From contig CAWGRU010000017.1 in NCBI GenBank assembly GCA_963825065.1, positions 23,458-87,457 on the forward strand: a DNA stretch of 64,000 nt. Direction: 5' to 3'. Positions 35,641 through 43,536 of the stretch are shown one piece after another (within the stretch, counting starts at the first letter, position 1; each line of letters opens with the position of its first letter). Source of the stretch: an uncultured Gemmatimonadales bacterium (lineage in GTDB: Bacteria; Gemmatimonadota; Gemmatimonadetes; Gemmatimonadales; GWC2-71-9). The notes beneath the pieces were generated by a model. That model was not told where the DNA came from, did no database searches, and saw only the letters and a list, made by a program, of their open reading frames with translations. Both the position numbers and the translations under genes were made by a program.

Positions 35641-36183
35641 ATGTCTACCTTGGCACTTACCACAGACGCCGTGACCGTGAGCGCCGGCATCCTCATCGCC
35701 CGGCTGGTCCTCGGCCTCCTCATGGCCGCCCACGGCAGTCAGAAGCTCCTCGGCTGGTTCGGCGGTTACGGCCTGACCGGCACCGGCGGCTTCTTCGAGT
35801 CGCTTGGCTTCCGCCCCGGCCGGCTCTTCGCGGCCGTCGCCGCACTCACCGAGATGGGCAGCGGCCTGCTGATCGCGCTCGGTTTCCTGGGGCCGGTGGG
35901 TCCCGCGCTCATGCTCTCGGTCATGATCGTCGCTGCCGTCACGGTCCACCTGCAGCACGGTGTGTTCGCGGCCTCGAACGGGATTGAAGTGCCTCTCCTC
36001 TATGGAGTCGGTGCGTTCGCGCTGGCGCTGACGGGCCCCGGTCTCTTCTCGCTTGACGCCGTTGTCGGCCTCGACGCGCTGTGGACCCCGGCATTCGCCC
36101 TGGTGGCGCTGGCAGCGGGCATCGTCGGCAGCATCGGCAACCTGGCCCTCCGTCGGCCGGCGCCCGTCGCGCCCGCCGTCTGA
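35641..36183 (+). CDS. DoxX-family membrane protein
   Basis: ATG 35641 is preceded by GGAG at 6 nt; the track start is 35629. It has 4 TM helices with ARLVLGLLMAAHGSQKL and GFLGPVGPALMLSVMIVAAVTVH, typical of DoxX. Confidence 0.85.
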   Translation: MSTLALTTDAVTVSAGILIARLVLGLLMAAHGSQKLLGWFGGYGLTGTGGFFESLGFRPGRLFAAVAALTEMGSGLLIALGFLGPVGPALMLSVMIVAAVTVHLQHGVFAASNGIEVPLLYGVGAFALALTGPGLFSLDAVVGLDALWTPAFALVALAAGIVGSIGNLALRRPAPVAPAV

Positions 36184-36212
36184 GGATAGCTACCAAGGAG
36201 TCGGAGGATTCC

Positions 36213-37166
36213 ATGGGTGCAACTACGCAAGAGATCTTCGGCAGCGTCGCGGGGGCCCAGCCTGCCACCGCAGGCAGCTACGGGGAGGCACCAAGCGGTT
36301 ACCGCCTTCCCGCGGCAACCCGCCTCGGTGCGGTGCGCCTCCAGATCGGCGACCTCGGGCGCTCGCTCTCGTTCTACGAAGGCACGCTGGGATTCAGGGT
36401 GCTCAGTCGGAGCGGGTCGCGGGCAGTGCTGGGAGCACAGGGCAGCGATACTCCGCTGGTGGAACTCAACGAGAAGCCCGGCGCCCTTCCGGCGCCGCGG
36501 CGCGGGTTGCTCGGGCTGTATCACTTCGCCATCCTGCTTCCCGACCGTGCCTCACTGGGGCGGTTCGTGCAGCACCTGGCGGACATCGGGGCGCCCGCCG
36601 GCGCAGGCGACCACCTGGTCAGCGAAGCGTTCTACCTCCAGGACCCGGACAATCTGGGCATCGAGGTCTACGCCGACCGGCCGCAGAGTACCTGGCGCCG
36701 AGTGGGCCGGGAACTGATGATGGCCACCGACCCCGTGGACGCGCAGGCCATCGTCCGCGCCGCCGGGGACGCGCCCTGGACGGGAATGCCGTCCGGGACG
36801 GTCATCGGCCACGTGCACCTGCACGTGGGGGATCTGGCCCTGGCCGCGGCATTCTACTCCGAGGCACTCGGCTTCGATCGGATGGTATGGGAGTACCCGG
36901 GGGCGCTCTTCCTCGGCGCCGGTGGCTATCACCACCATCTGGGCACCAACACCTGGGCGGGTGCCGGCGCCAAATCGCCGACTGCGCGGGATGCCCAACT
37001 GCTCGAGTGGACCATCGAACTCCCCGGCTCGGCTGACATCGCCGAGGTGAACCGGAGCCTGGAGCGGGCGGGCTACGCCGTGAGTCGAGAGGAGCTTCCC
37101 GGGGCCGGTTCGGCGATCGTCACTCGCGATCCCTGGGGCACCCAGCTCCTGCTGCGGACGCGTTAG
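36213..37166 (+). CDS. two-domain VOC (glyoxalase / extradiol dioxygenase-fold) protein, catechol-2,3-dioxygenase-like
   Basis: ATG 36213 is preceded by AAGGAG...GGAGGA. It has two VOC repeats (VRLQIGDLGRSLSFYEGTLGF and HVHLHVGDLALAAAFYSEALGF) plus the GGYHHHLGTNTW motif. Confidence 0.8.
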   Translation: MGATTQEIFGSVAGAQPATAGSYGEAPSGYRLPAATRLGAVRLQIGDLGRSLSFYEGTLGFRVLSRSGSRAVLGAQGSDTPLVELNEKPGALPAPRRGLLGLYHFAILLPDRASLGRFVQHLADIGAPAGAGDHLVSEAFYLQDPDNLGIEVYADRPQSTWRRVGRELMMATDPVDAQAIVRAAGDAPWTGMPSGTVIGHVHLHVGDLALAAAFYSEALGFDRMVWEYPGALFLGAGGYHHHLGTNTWAGAGAKSPTARDAQLLEWTIELPGSADIAEVNRSLERAGYAVSREELPGAGSAIVTRDPWGTQLLLRTR

Positions 37167-37223
37167 CATGTGATCGTGCAGTAGGCGAGGCTGGCGGGCT
37201 TCGACGATACGGAGGGAGCAGCC

Positions 37224-37709
37224 ATGACGGAAGCTTCCCAGGGCACCTGCCTGCGTTGCGAGGCGCCGCTGGCCGGTGGCGCGCTCTACTGCCACCTCTG
37301 CGGCGTGTCGGTAAGCGAGGCCGCCACAGGGGAGTACACCCGCTACGACCTGTCCCGATTCTTCAACTATGCCCTGGACATGCTGTGCATCGCGGGGATC
37401 GACGGTCACTTCAAGCTGGTCAATCCCGCCTTCGAGCGGGTCCTGGGCTACACCGCGGCCGAACTACTGAAGATTCCATTCGTCGAGCTGATCCACCCCG
37501 AGGACCGGAATGACACGGTCGCCGAGGTGAGCAAGCTTGCCAACGGTCTCGAGACCCTCTGCTTCCGGAATCACTTCCGCTGCAAGGACGGCAGCTACCG
37601 GCAACTGGAATGGACCTCGTACCCGGAGCCGGCTACCGGGCTGCTCTACGCCGTGGCCCGCGACGTCACCGAGCGGGACCCGGGGATCCGTCAGACCCCA
37701 CGGACGTGA
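37224..37709 (+). CDS. small zinc-ribbon + PAS domain protein
   Basis: The N-terminus CLRCEAPLAGGALYCHLCG is a CxxC...CxxC ribbon. A PAS fold follows (LDMLCIAGIDGHFKLVNPAFERVLGYTAAEL ... RCKDGSYRQLEWTS). GGAGGGAG lies upstream of ATG 37224. Confidence 0.75.
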   Translation: MTEASQGTCLRCEAPLAGGALYCHLCGVSVSEAATGEYTRYDLSRFFNYALDMLCIAGIDGHFKLVNPAFERVLGYTAAELLKIPFVELIHPEDRNDTVAEVSKLANGLETLCFRNHFRCKDGSYRQLEWTSYPEPATGLLYAVARDVTERDPGIRQTPRT

Positions 37710-38033
37710 CGGCGGGTATTCGCCCGTTACCCGTTCACTCCATTCTCAATTTCGGGTCCGCTGCGGCGCCTGAGTCTCGCGCGCGGCACCCGGCGACTCC
37801 TGCGGACCGGCCCCCGGGCTCGGTGATGCATCGGCCGGTCGGAGTTCCGGTTCCCCCCCGACTCTCTTCCTCCGCCACCCGAGACTCCCGGTTTCCCGCC
37901 CGCGATCGAGTGTCCTCGATAGGAGAATCTGTGCGCCGCCCCCAACATTCGACTCGAACAGGATGTGCCTGACATCGGAGGATTGCAGCGCTGCGGGCTG
38001 ACGCCGCGCTTCGGTGTGCGGTAGGCTACGGCC

Positions 38034-38064
38034 GAACGGGCCGGGGAGACTCCCCGGCCCGTTC
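38034..38064 (-). terminator. strong GC hairpin downstream of the 95-aa gene
   Basis: GAACGGGCCGGGGAG-A-CTCCCCGGCCCGTTC, with 15-nt perfectly complementary arms. It lies 52 nt beyond the stop at 38116 on the minus strand and has no U-tract. Confidence 0.6.
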
Positions 38065-38115
38065 GCGTCCAGTCACGGAATGGCGTCGCCATTCAGCGCG
38101 GTGAGCCTGTCGGCT

Positions 38116-38403
38116 TCATGCGGTGGTCAGCCAGTCCTGCGCGCGCTCGCCGGCGTGCACGGGGTGGCGATCCAGGTGACGGGTGCGCAGTCCAAGCCAG
38201 TTTCCGTGGCGGGGGTCGCCGCCGCGGAATTCAAAGTGCGCGGGATCGAGAATGCGCTCGGCGAACTGGACATCCACCCCTTCGGCGAGAATACGAGTCC
38301 CCTTGACCAGACCGGCGACGGCGGCGGCGGTGTACCAGCGCCCGGGCGAGAGCGTGGGATATTGACCTGCAAACTCGGGCTTCAGCAGAACCTCGCGGTA
38401 CAT
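38116..38403 (-). CDS. hypothetical 95-aa protein
   Basis: ATG 38403 is preceded by GGAGG at 5 nt (MYREVLLKPEFAGQYPTLSPGRWY...). I recognised no family. Confidence 0.5.
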   Translation of the reverse strand: MYREVLLKPEFAGQYPTLSPGRWYTAAAVAGLVKGTRILAEGVDVQFAERILDPAHFEFRGGDPRHGNWLGLRTRHLDRHPVHAGERAQDWLTTA

Positions 38404-38516
38404 GGTGCCTCCGTAGGGGGTCGCGTGAAGCATAGCCCTGGTGGCAACAATGCACCGTGAGGGTTCCATGAAGCTGCCGACTGGTCACCCGGGAGAACTC
38501 GGCCGAGTCCCGGCAC

Positions 38517-38921
38517 CTACTGCATCTGGACCGCGAAATTGATGGTTCCGGTGTAGTTCGTCAGGGTTACCCGAATCTTCCAGGCGCCTCCCGATCCGGT
38601 CGGCGGAGTGATGTCCCCCGAAGCTGGAACGGATCCGTTGTAGATGACGGTCCCGACGGCGTCCTTGATGTTGAGGGTGATGGTTCCCGACGTCGTGTTC
38701 GTGGCAGGGTGGATGATGACGCTGCCGGAGGATGCATTCCAGGTATAGCTCACGACGTCGCTGACGTTCTGAAGCCCGGTCGCCTGGAAGCTGAAGGCGA
38801 CGTTGGGCGTGTTCACGACCTGAGGCTGGTACTGCGGGGCGAGCGCGTTGCTGCTGCCGCAGGCCGCTGTCAACAGGGCGAGCGCCAGGCCGGCAAGGGG
38901 GAAGCGGTAGCTGATACGCAT
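38517..38921 (-). CDS. small secreted beta-rich protein / probable lipoprotein
   Basis: Starts at ATG 38921 (MRISYRFPLAGLALALLTAACGSS). The mature 110 aa are Thr/Asn/Ser/Val-rich and look like an Ig-like beta-sandwich. Local GC is lower than the surroundings. Confidence 0.6.
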   Translation of the reverse strand: MRISYRFPLAGLALALLTAACGSSNALAPQYQPQVVNTPNVAFSFQATGLQNVSDVVSYTWNASSGSVIIHPATNTTSGTITLNIKDAVGTVIYNGSVPASGDITPPTGSGGAWKIRVTLTNYTGTINFAVQMQ

Positions 38922-39163
38922 GAAGCGATTCTCCGTCTGTGAGTGCGATCCGCCGAGCCGCGTGTTGCGCCTTGCTGGCGGTAGTGCCTCTAGGCTTTGC
39001 AATCGGCAGACCAGAGCTCAGGACCAGGCCAAGGGCCGAGTATGTATTTCTCCTGCAATACCTTATGAGGCCGGGATTCTCAGGGCGAAAACCCGATTGG
39101 CAGGCACGTGTATCGAAGCAATGCAGGCCGGATGGCTCACTGCATGCCAGCCAACGCGACCGA

Positions 39164-39583
39164 TCAAGCGGATGTGACACTCGAGGGGAGTCGTTCGCGC
39201 GAAGCGGCACCGGTGCGCCGATACGCCATGACGAACAGAACTGCGAGAATCAGGTCGATGGTCGCCGGCACGAGGACGGCCGGCGCGACCCGGCCCTGCA
39301 GAAACAGAATCCAGGCTGGCGGCCCAAATGAAAGCTTTTCGAGAATGGCCGGCAGCATCATGAGCCGGTAACGCGCCGGGTCTCGTGCAATCAGGAGAAA
39401 CAGGACCTGCCACGCGATCGCGACCCCCACGAAGCCGTAGAAGTATTCGGGGTGAGTGATCGTCGGCGGGTAGTCCCGGCCGATCTTCGCTTCCAGAAAG
39501 TACTGCGGGGCCAGGACCAGCAGGCCGTAGACGCCCGCGATGAAGAAGACGCGTTTGGCGAAGGTCATGGATGTGGTGGGCAA
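39164..39583 (-). CDS. 4-TM membrane protein of unknown function
   Basis: Hydrophobic helices are present (VFFIAGVYGLLVLAP, FYGFVGVAIAWQVLFLLIA, AWILFLQG, IDLILAVLFVMAY). ATG 39568 is an alternative start. Confidence 0.6.
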   Translation of the reverse strand: MPTTSMTFAKRVFFIAGVYGLLVLAPQYFLEAKIGRDYPPTITHPEYFYGFVGVAIAWQVLFLLIARDPARYRLMMLPAILEKLSFGPPAWILFLQGRVAPAVLVPATIDLILAVLFVMAYRRTGAASRERLPSSVTSA

Positions 39584-39695
39584 GGGTCATCCCGGGAATT
39601 GTCTTGTGAAGCAGGACGACCCTCCTGTCTCCCATCCCTCCGCTGACTTCACGGGACAGGAGACAGGAAGAGTCCGCTCCTCTGTACTCCGCTCT

Positions 39696-40685
39696 CTACT
39701 GCACCACCACCCGGCCGGTCATCGCCGCGCCATGGACGGCGCAATCGTACTGATAGGTGCCGGCGGTATTGAAGGTCAGGACGTACAGATTCCCGACGGT
39801 GTTGGAGACGGCGCTGCTGGTGAAGGTCGGGTTGCCGGTCGACTCCACCGAGTGCGTGCCACCCGCCCAGCGCCAGAGCACGCCCTGGCCGGCGGCGATC
39901 GTGTCCACGGCCGGATTGGTCGTGTTGTTGCGATTGCTCTTGAACAGGATCCCCGCGCCGATCGTCACTTCCCGCACCGCATTGGCGGTGGTGAGGGTGA
40001 AGGTCGCCGGAGTGGCGATGCCGGTGACGGTGGCGATCACGCTGCCCGCACCTGCCGCCGCCGCGCCGGTCACCGTGGTCGCCGCCTGGCCGTTGGCGGC
40101 GGTCAGCACCGTGGCATTCACCGGCGTGATGCCGCCCGTGCCGGCGAAGTGCACCTGAGCGCCGGTGATCGGATTCCCGAGCTGGTCGGTGACCGACACC
40201 TTGACCTGGGTCGGGAACGAGCCGCCGATGATCCCGGTCTGTCCGTCGCCGGCGATCTTGGTGAGGTTGGCTGCGGCAGCCGGAATCGCCGTCGCGTGGA
40301 AGTCGACCTGCGTAGCCGTGCCCGCCGCCAGCCCAGCCGTCGCGGTCTGGGGTCCGGCCTGCTGTCCCAGGGTCCACTGGGTGGCCGCGAGCCCTGCGCC
40401 GTCGGTCTGACTGGTCGCCGGCGACACCGCCGCGCCGGTCCCGACCGCGGTCCAGAAGACCGTCACGCCGGCGGCGGGCACGCCGTCCTGCTTCACGATG
40501 ACCCGGAGCGAATCGGCGGTCTTGGTCCCCACGGCCGCCGTCTGCCCCTCGCCGCTGTTGGCCGGGGCCTTCGCAATGCTCTGACCAACATTATCGTTGC
40601 TGCTGGTGGTGCTGTCGCTGCCGCACGCGGCGATCGCCGTCACGATGACCAGCGCCGCACCCGTCCACTGCATGAACCTGCGCAT
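39696..40685 (-). CDS. lipoprotein with two Big_1-like Ig domains and a C-terminal type-1 copper (cupredoxin) domain
   Basis: ATG 40685 is preceded by AGGAGG. The lipobox is IVTAIAAC. There are two repeats of the GDGQTG...V.V.D..GNP..GA.V.F type. The C-terminus has GGTHSVES ... YQYDCAVHGAAMTGRVVV, giving the His, Cys, His, Met ligand pattern. Confidence 0.75.
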   Translation of the reverse strand: MRRFMQWTGAALVIVTAIAACGSDSTTSSNDNVGQSIAKAPANSGEGQTAAVGTKTADSLRVIVKQDGVPAAGVTVFWTAVGTGAAVSPATSQTDGAGLAATQWTLGQQAGPQTATAGLAAGTATQVDFHATAIPAAAANLTKIAGDGQTGIIGGSFPTQVKVSVTDQLGNPITGAQVHFAGTGGITPVNATVLTAANGQAATTVTGAAAAGAGSVIATVTGIATPATFTLTTANAVREVTIGAGILFKSNRNNTTNPAVDTIAAGQGVLWRWAGGTHSVESTGNPTFTSSAVSNTVGNLYVLTFNTAGTYQYDCAVHGAAMTGRVVVQ

Positions 40686-40933
40686 ACCTGCCTCCTGAGG
40701 GAACCGTCGCCGCGCCCGGCGGCTCATCCGCCGGGGTGTCTTGCTGACGGGGGCAATCCTAGCGGGCAGCGCTCGACAGATGGATCAGACGATGCGGCGA
40801 CGACGGCGGGAAATTTCGGGAAGGGGGATGTCAGGCTGAGGCCTACAGGAGGTATGGGATCATGGCGGGCCAACGGTCCGCACTATCCCACTCGGGGCAT
40901 CGCTCCGGGGAAACACCAAGCCCGCCCGATCGC

Positions 40934-41386
40934 TCAGTCCCACACATGGCGCTCATCGTATTCGATCCCGTGCCGGGAGAGCACGGCACGGTACTCCTTC
41001 TCATACGTCCGCCTCCGGTGATGTGCCTCCTGGTTGTCGATGTATCGCCGCAAAGGCTCCAGGCCAGACCGTCCGACGGAGAACGCCCCATACTCCCGTT
41101 GCCATGTGAACTCCGCCAGGGCGGGCGATCGGGTCCTCAGCCATTTCGAGGATGAGGTCTTGAGGGTCTCCACCAGTTTCGCGACGGTGACGGTACGCGC
41201 GAGGCGAACGGCGAGGTGCACATGATCCGCGACACCCCCGACGCGATAGCACTCGCAACCCGCGTTGCGGGTGACGGTGGCGAGGTAGGCGTGGAGTGCG
41301 GGTCGAATAGCGGCGTCGAGCACCCGGGCGCGGTACTTGGTCGAGAAGACGATGTGCACGAGCAGGAAGGAGAGGGATTGGGGCAT
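40934..41386 (-). CDS. IS200/IS605-type Y1 (HUH) transposase-like protein (RAYT-like, single copy)
   Basis: Starts at ATG 41386. Contains LLVHIVFSTKYRARVL, the HUH motif DHVHLAV, and WQREYGAFSVGRSGLEPLRRYIDNQEAHH, which holds the catalytic-Tyr region. Confidence 0.8.
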   Translation of the reverse strand: MPQSLSFLLVHIVFSTKYRARVLDAAIRPALHAYLATVTRNAGCECYRVGGVADHVHLAVRLARTVTVAKLVETLKTSSSKWLRTRSPALAEFTWQREYGAFSVGRSGLEPLRRYIDNQEAHHRRRTYEKEYRAVLSRHGIEYDERHVWD

Positions 41387-41412
41387 CCTCTCGACGCCGA
41401 AGTTGCTGACGT

Positions 41413-42126
41413 TCACCCGCCCGGTGGCCACGCCAGCTCGAGCCTGAGGAGCGAGTGATCCGACGCGCCCGACTCACGCGCCCCATGCTCGTAGACTGCG
41501 CCGCGCAGCGCCGGCAGGCAGCTCGGCGAGACGAAGCCGTGATCGATCCGATAGCCGTTGCCGTGCTGGCTCACCCAGGTGTACTCCCGTCGATCGGCGT
41601 GGACATGGCGCCAGGCGTCGGTCCACCCCTGCGCCATCAGCGCCCGCATCCCCGGCTCCCCGCTGAAGCGACCCTTCTCGGTGTCACACGCGTTGAGCCC
41701 GCTGTTCAAGTCGCCGAGCAGCAGCGCCGGCCTCGGCACCCAGCTCGCCGCGTGAGGCAGCAGGGTGTCGTAGAAGCGCATGATGTGGGGTGGCGCGGCC
41801 GGGAAGTACGCCGCCACGATGTCGAGGCCGGCACAGCTGCAGCGCAGCAGTCGATGCGCCAGCGCGGGCGGCAGCCCGCGGGTCGGGCGCACGCTGAGTG
41901 GCCGGCGCGACGCGATCAGAATCGAGTTCTGGGCCGGGCCCTGGGCCGGCGCGCGCTGGTGGCGGTAGCCCGCGGCCCCGAGTGAGGCGCGGAGCGCTGC
42001 GGTCGGCGCGGTGAGCCGGGTCTCGTTGAGCACGATGAGATCGGCGTCGTGGCGCGCCAGCTCGGCCTCGATCGCGCCGAGCCGCGCCCCACCGCCCTGC
42101 TGGATGTTCCACACCACGATGCGCAT
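41413..42126 (-). CDS. endonuclease/exonuclease/phosphatase (EEP, DNase I/ExoIII-fold) family protein
   Basis: Contains MRIVVWNIQQGGG..., DLIVLNETR, LLLGDLNS, YRIDHGFVS and SDHSLL, the EEP catalytic motif set. The gene ends 26 nt before the Y1 transposase-like gene on the same strand. Confidence 0.85.
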   Translation of the reverse strand: MRIVVWNIQQGGGARLGAIEAELARHDADLIVLNETRLTAPTAALRASLGAAGYRHQRAPAQGPAQNSILIASRRPLSVRPTRGLPPALAHRLLRCSCAGLDIVAAYFPAAPPHIMRFYDTLLPHAASWVPRPALLLGDLNSGLNACDTEKGRFSGEPGMRALMAQGWTDAWRHVHADRREYTWVSQHGNGYRIDHGFVSPSCLPALRGAVYEHGARESGASDHSLLRLELAWPPGG

Positions 42127-42372
42127 CGTCGCTCGATCCGGCCCGGCTTCCGCTGCACCCTACGAGTCCGCTACCGGAGCGGTGTCGGTCAGGGCCCGGA
42201 CGATGGGCACCCGAGAGCCGAGATACCGGGGGCGAAACACAATAGCACAATCAGAACTCCCAGCAACACCGCCCTCTGTCGCAGCCTGAAACTGGCGACA
42301 CCTTTGTGCGCGATGCTCGTCGGGATGCCGGTCGCAGCGCCTTACCGCCCGCACCTCGAGTCAAGGACACCG

Positions 42373-43536
42373 ATGACCCACCACGCACGACGCCTCAGCG
42401 CCACCATGGCCGGCATCCTGCTCCTCGGCCTCATTCCCGCCGCAGCCGCCGCGCAGACCGGCAACGTCGCGCTCTCACCCGACGCCTGGATCGCCACCGA
42501 CAGCATGCGGTTCGTGTCCTACCTGGGCCGACCGTCGGTCTATATCAACCGCGGTGTCGCACTGGTGCGCGGTGCATCCATGGAGAACGGCACGCTGGAC
42601 ATGGACGTGGCCGCCAGCGACACCACCAACTTCCTGGGGGTGGTGTTCCGGGCCGCGACGCCGCGGTTCAGCAACGTCCTCTTCCTGCGGCCGGGAGCCA
42701 GCGGTACGGAAGAGGCGGTGCAGTACGGACCGGCGTTCAACAGCCTGGGAGTCGCGTGGCAGGTCTACCATGGCGACGGCGCGAATGCAGTCGCGGAGAT
42801 CCCGCGCAATCGCTGGGTGCATCTCCGCGTCGAGCTGGCTGGTCCGGTGGCGAAGGTGTACGTCGATACCGCGACGGCGCCGACGCTGGTGGTTCCGCGG
42901 GTGGTAGCCTCGGGCGGCTCGGGGCTCGGCCTGTGGACCGGCGCCTTTGGGCGCGGCGCCTACTTCTCCAACATCCACTACATCGCCGCGCCGGGATCCG
43001 CGGCCGAGTCGCCCGCACCGGCCCCGCCCTCCGGGACGATTCTGGACTGGGAGATTTCCGGAACAATCGAGGTCGCCGACTTCCACCCGACGGCCCTTCC
43101 CGACCTCGCCAGGCTCACCTGGCAGAAGGTCAGGACGGAACCGGAGGGCTTCGTGCTGATCAACCGCTACCGGGAGGCGCCGGTGGGCGGGGTGCCGAGG
43201 GACAGCACCGGCGCCGTGCTGGCCGACAGCGTCATGACGGGCAGGATCGCGGGCTCGCGCATCGTGTACGCGCGGACCACCATCACCGCCACACACGACG
43301 AGATCCGGCGACTGCAGTATGCCTACGGCAACGGCGTCGTCATCTACCTGAACGGGCGGCCCCTCGCCTTTGCGATGAATCCGGGCGGGCTGCGCGGCAT
43401 CGGCGCGATGGCCAGAGTCGGCGACGCCGTCTACCTGCCGCTCAGGAAGGGGCGGAACCAGCTGGTCTTCGCCGTCATCCAGTGCACGGGGGGATGGGCG
43501 TACTCGGCTCGGCTCGATGCCGGAGGTGTCCGGTGA
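42373..43536 (+). CDS. secreted two-domain concanavalin-A/LamG-like jelly-roll protein
   Basis: ATG 42373 has a signal peptide (MAGILLLGLIPAAAAAQ). The segments NGTLDMDVAA...FLGVVFRA...LFLRP...AVQYGP...WVHLRVELAG..AKVYVD resemble DUF1080/LamG-type domains. It is paralogous to the next gene. Confidence 0.55.
   Translation: MTHHARRLSATMAGILLLGLIPAAAAAQTGNVALSPDAWIATDSMRFVSYLGRPSVYINRGVALVRGASMENGTLDMDVAASDTTNFLGVVFRAATPRFSNVLFLRPGASGTEEAVQYGPAFNSLGVAWQVYHGDGANAVAEIPRNRWVHLRVELAGPVAKVYVDTATAPTLVVPRVVASGGSGLGLWTGAFGRGAYFSNIHYIAAPGSAAESPAPAPPSGTILDWEISGTIEVADFHPTALPDLARLTWQKVRTEPEGFVLINRYREAPVGGVPRDSTGAVLADSVMTGRIAGSRIVYARTTITATHDEIRRLQYAYGNGVVIYLNGRPLAFAMNPGGLRGIGAMARVGDAVYLPLRKGRNQLVFAVIQCTGGWAYSARLDAGGVR

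Noticed and set aside
39540-41021. 493-aa plus-strand ORF spanning the cupredoxin gene region
   Set aside because: It is antisense to a gene with a lipobox, Ig repeats and copper ligands. It also crosses two intergenic regions and is Arg/Gly/Asp-rich.
40686-42372. REP/BIME-type palindromes or IS200 subterminal hairpins flanking the Y1 transposase-like gene
   Set aside because: I found only short generic GC hairpins (for example CCCGGCGG-ctcat-CCGCCGGG at 40715-40735). Neither flank has matching repeats, so I do not call a mobile element.
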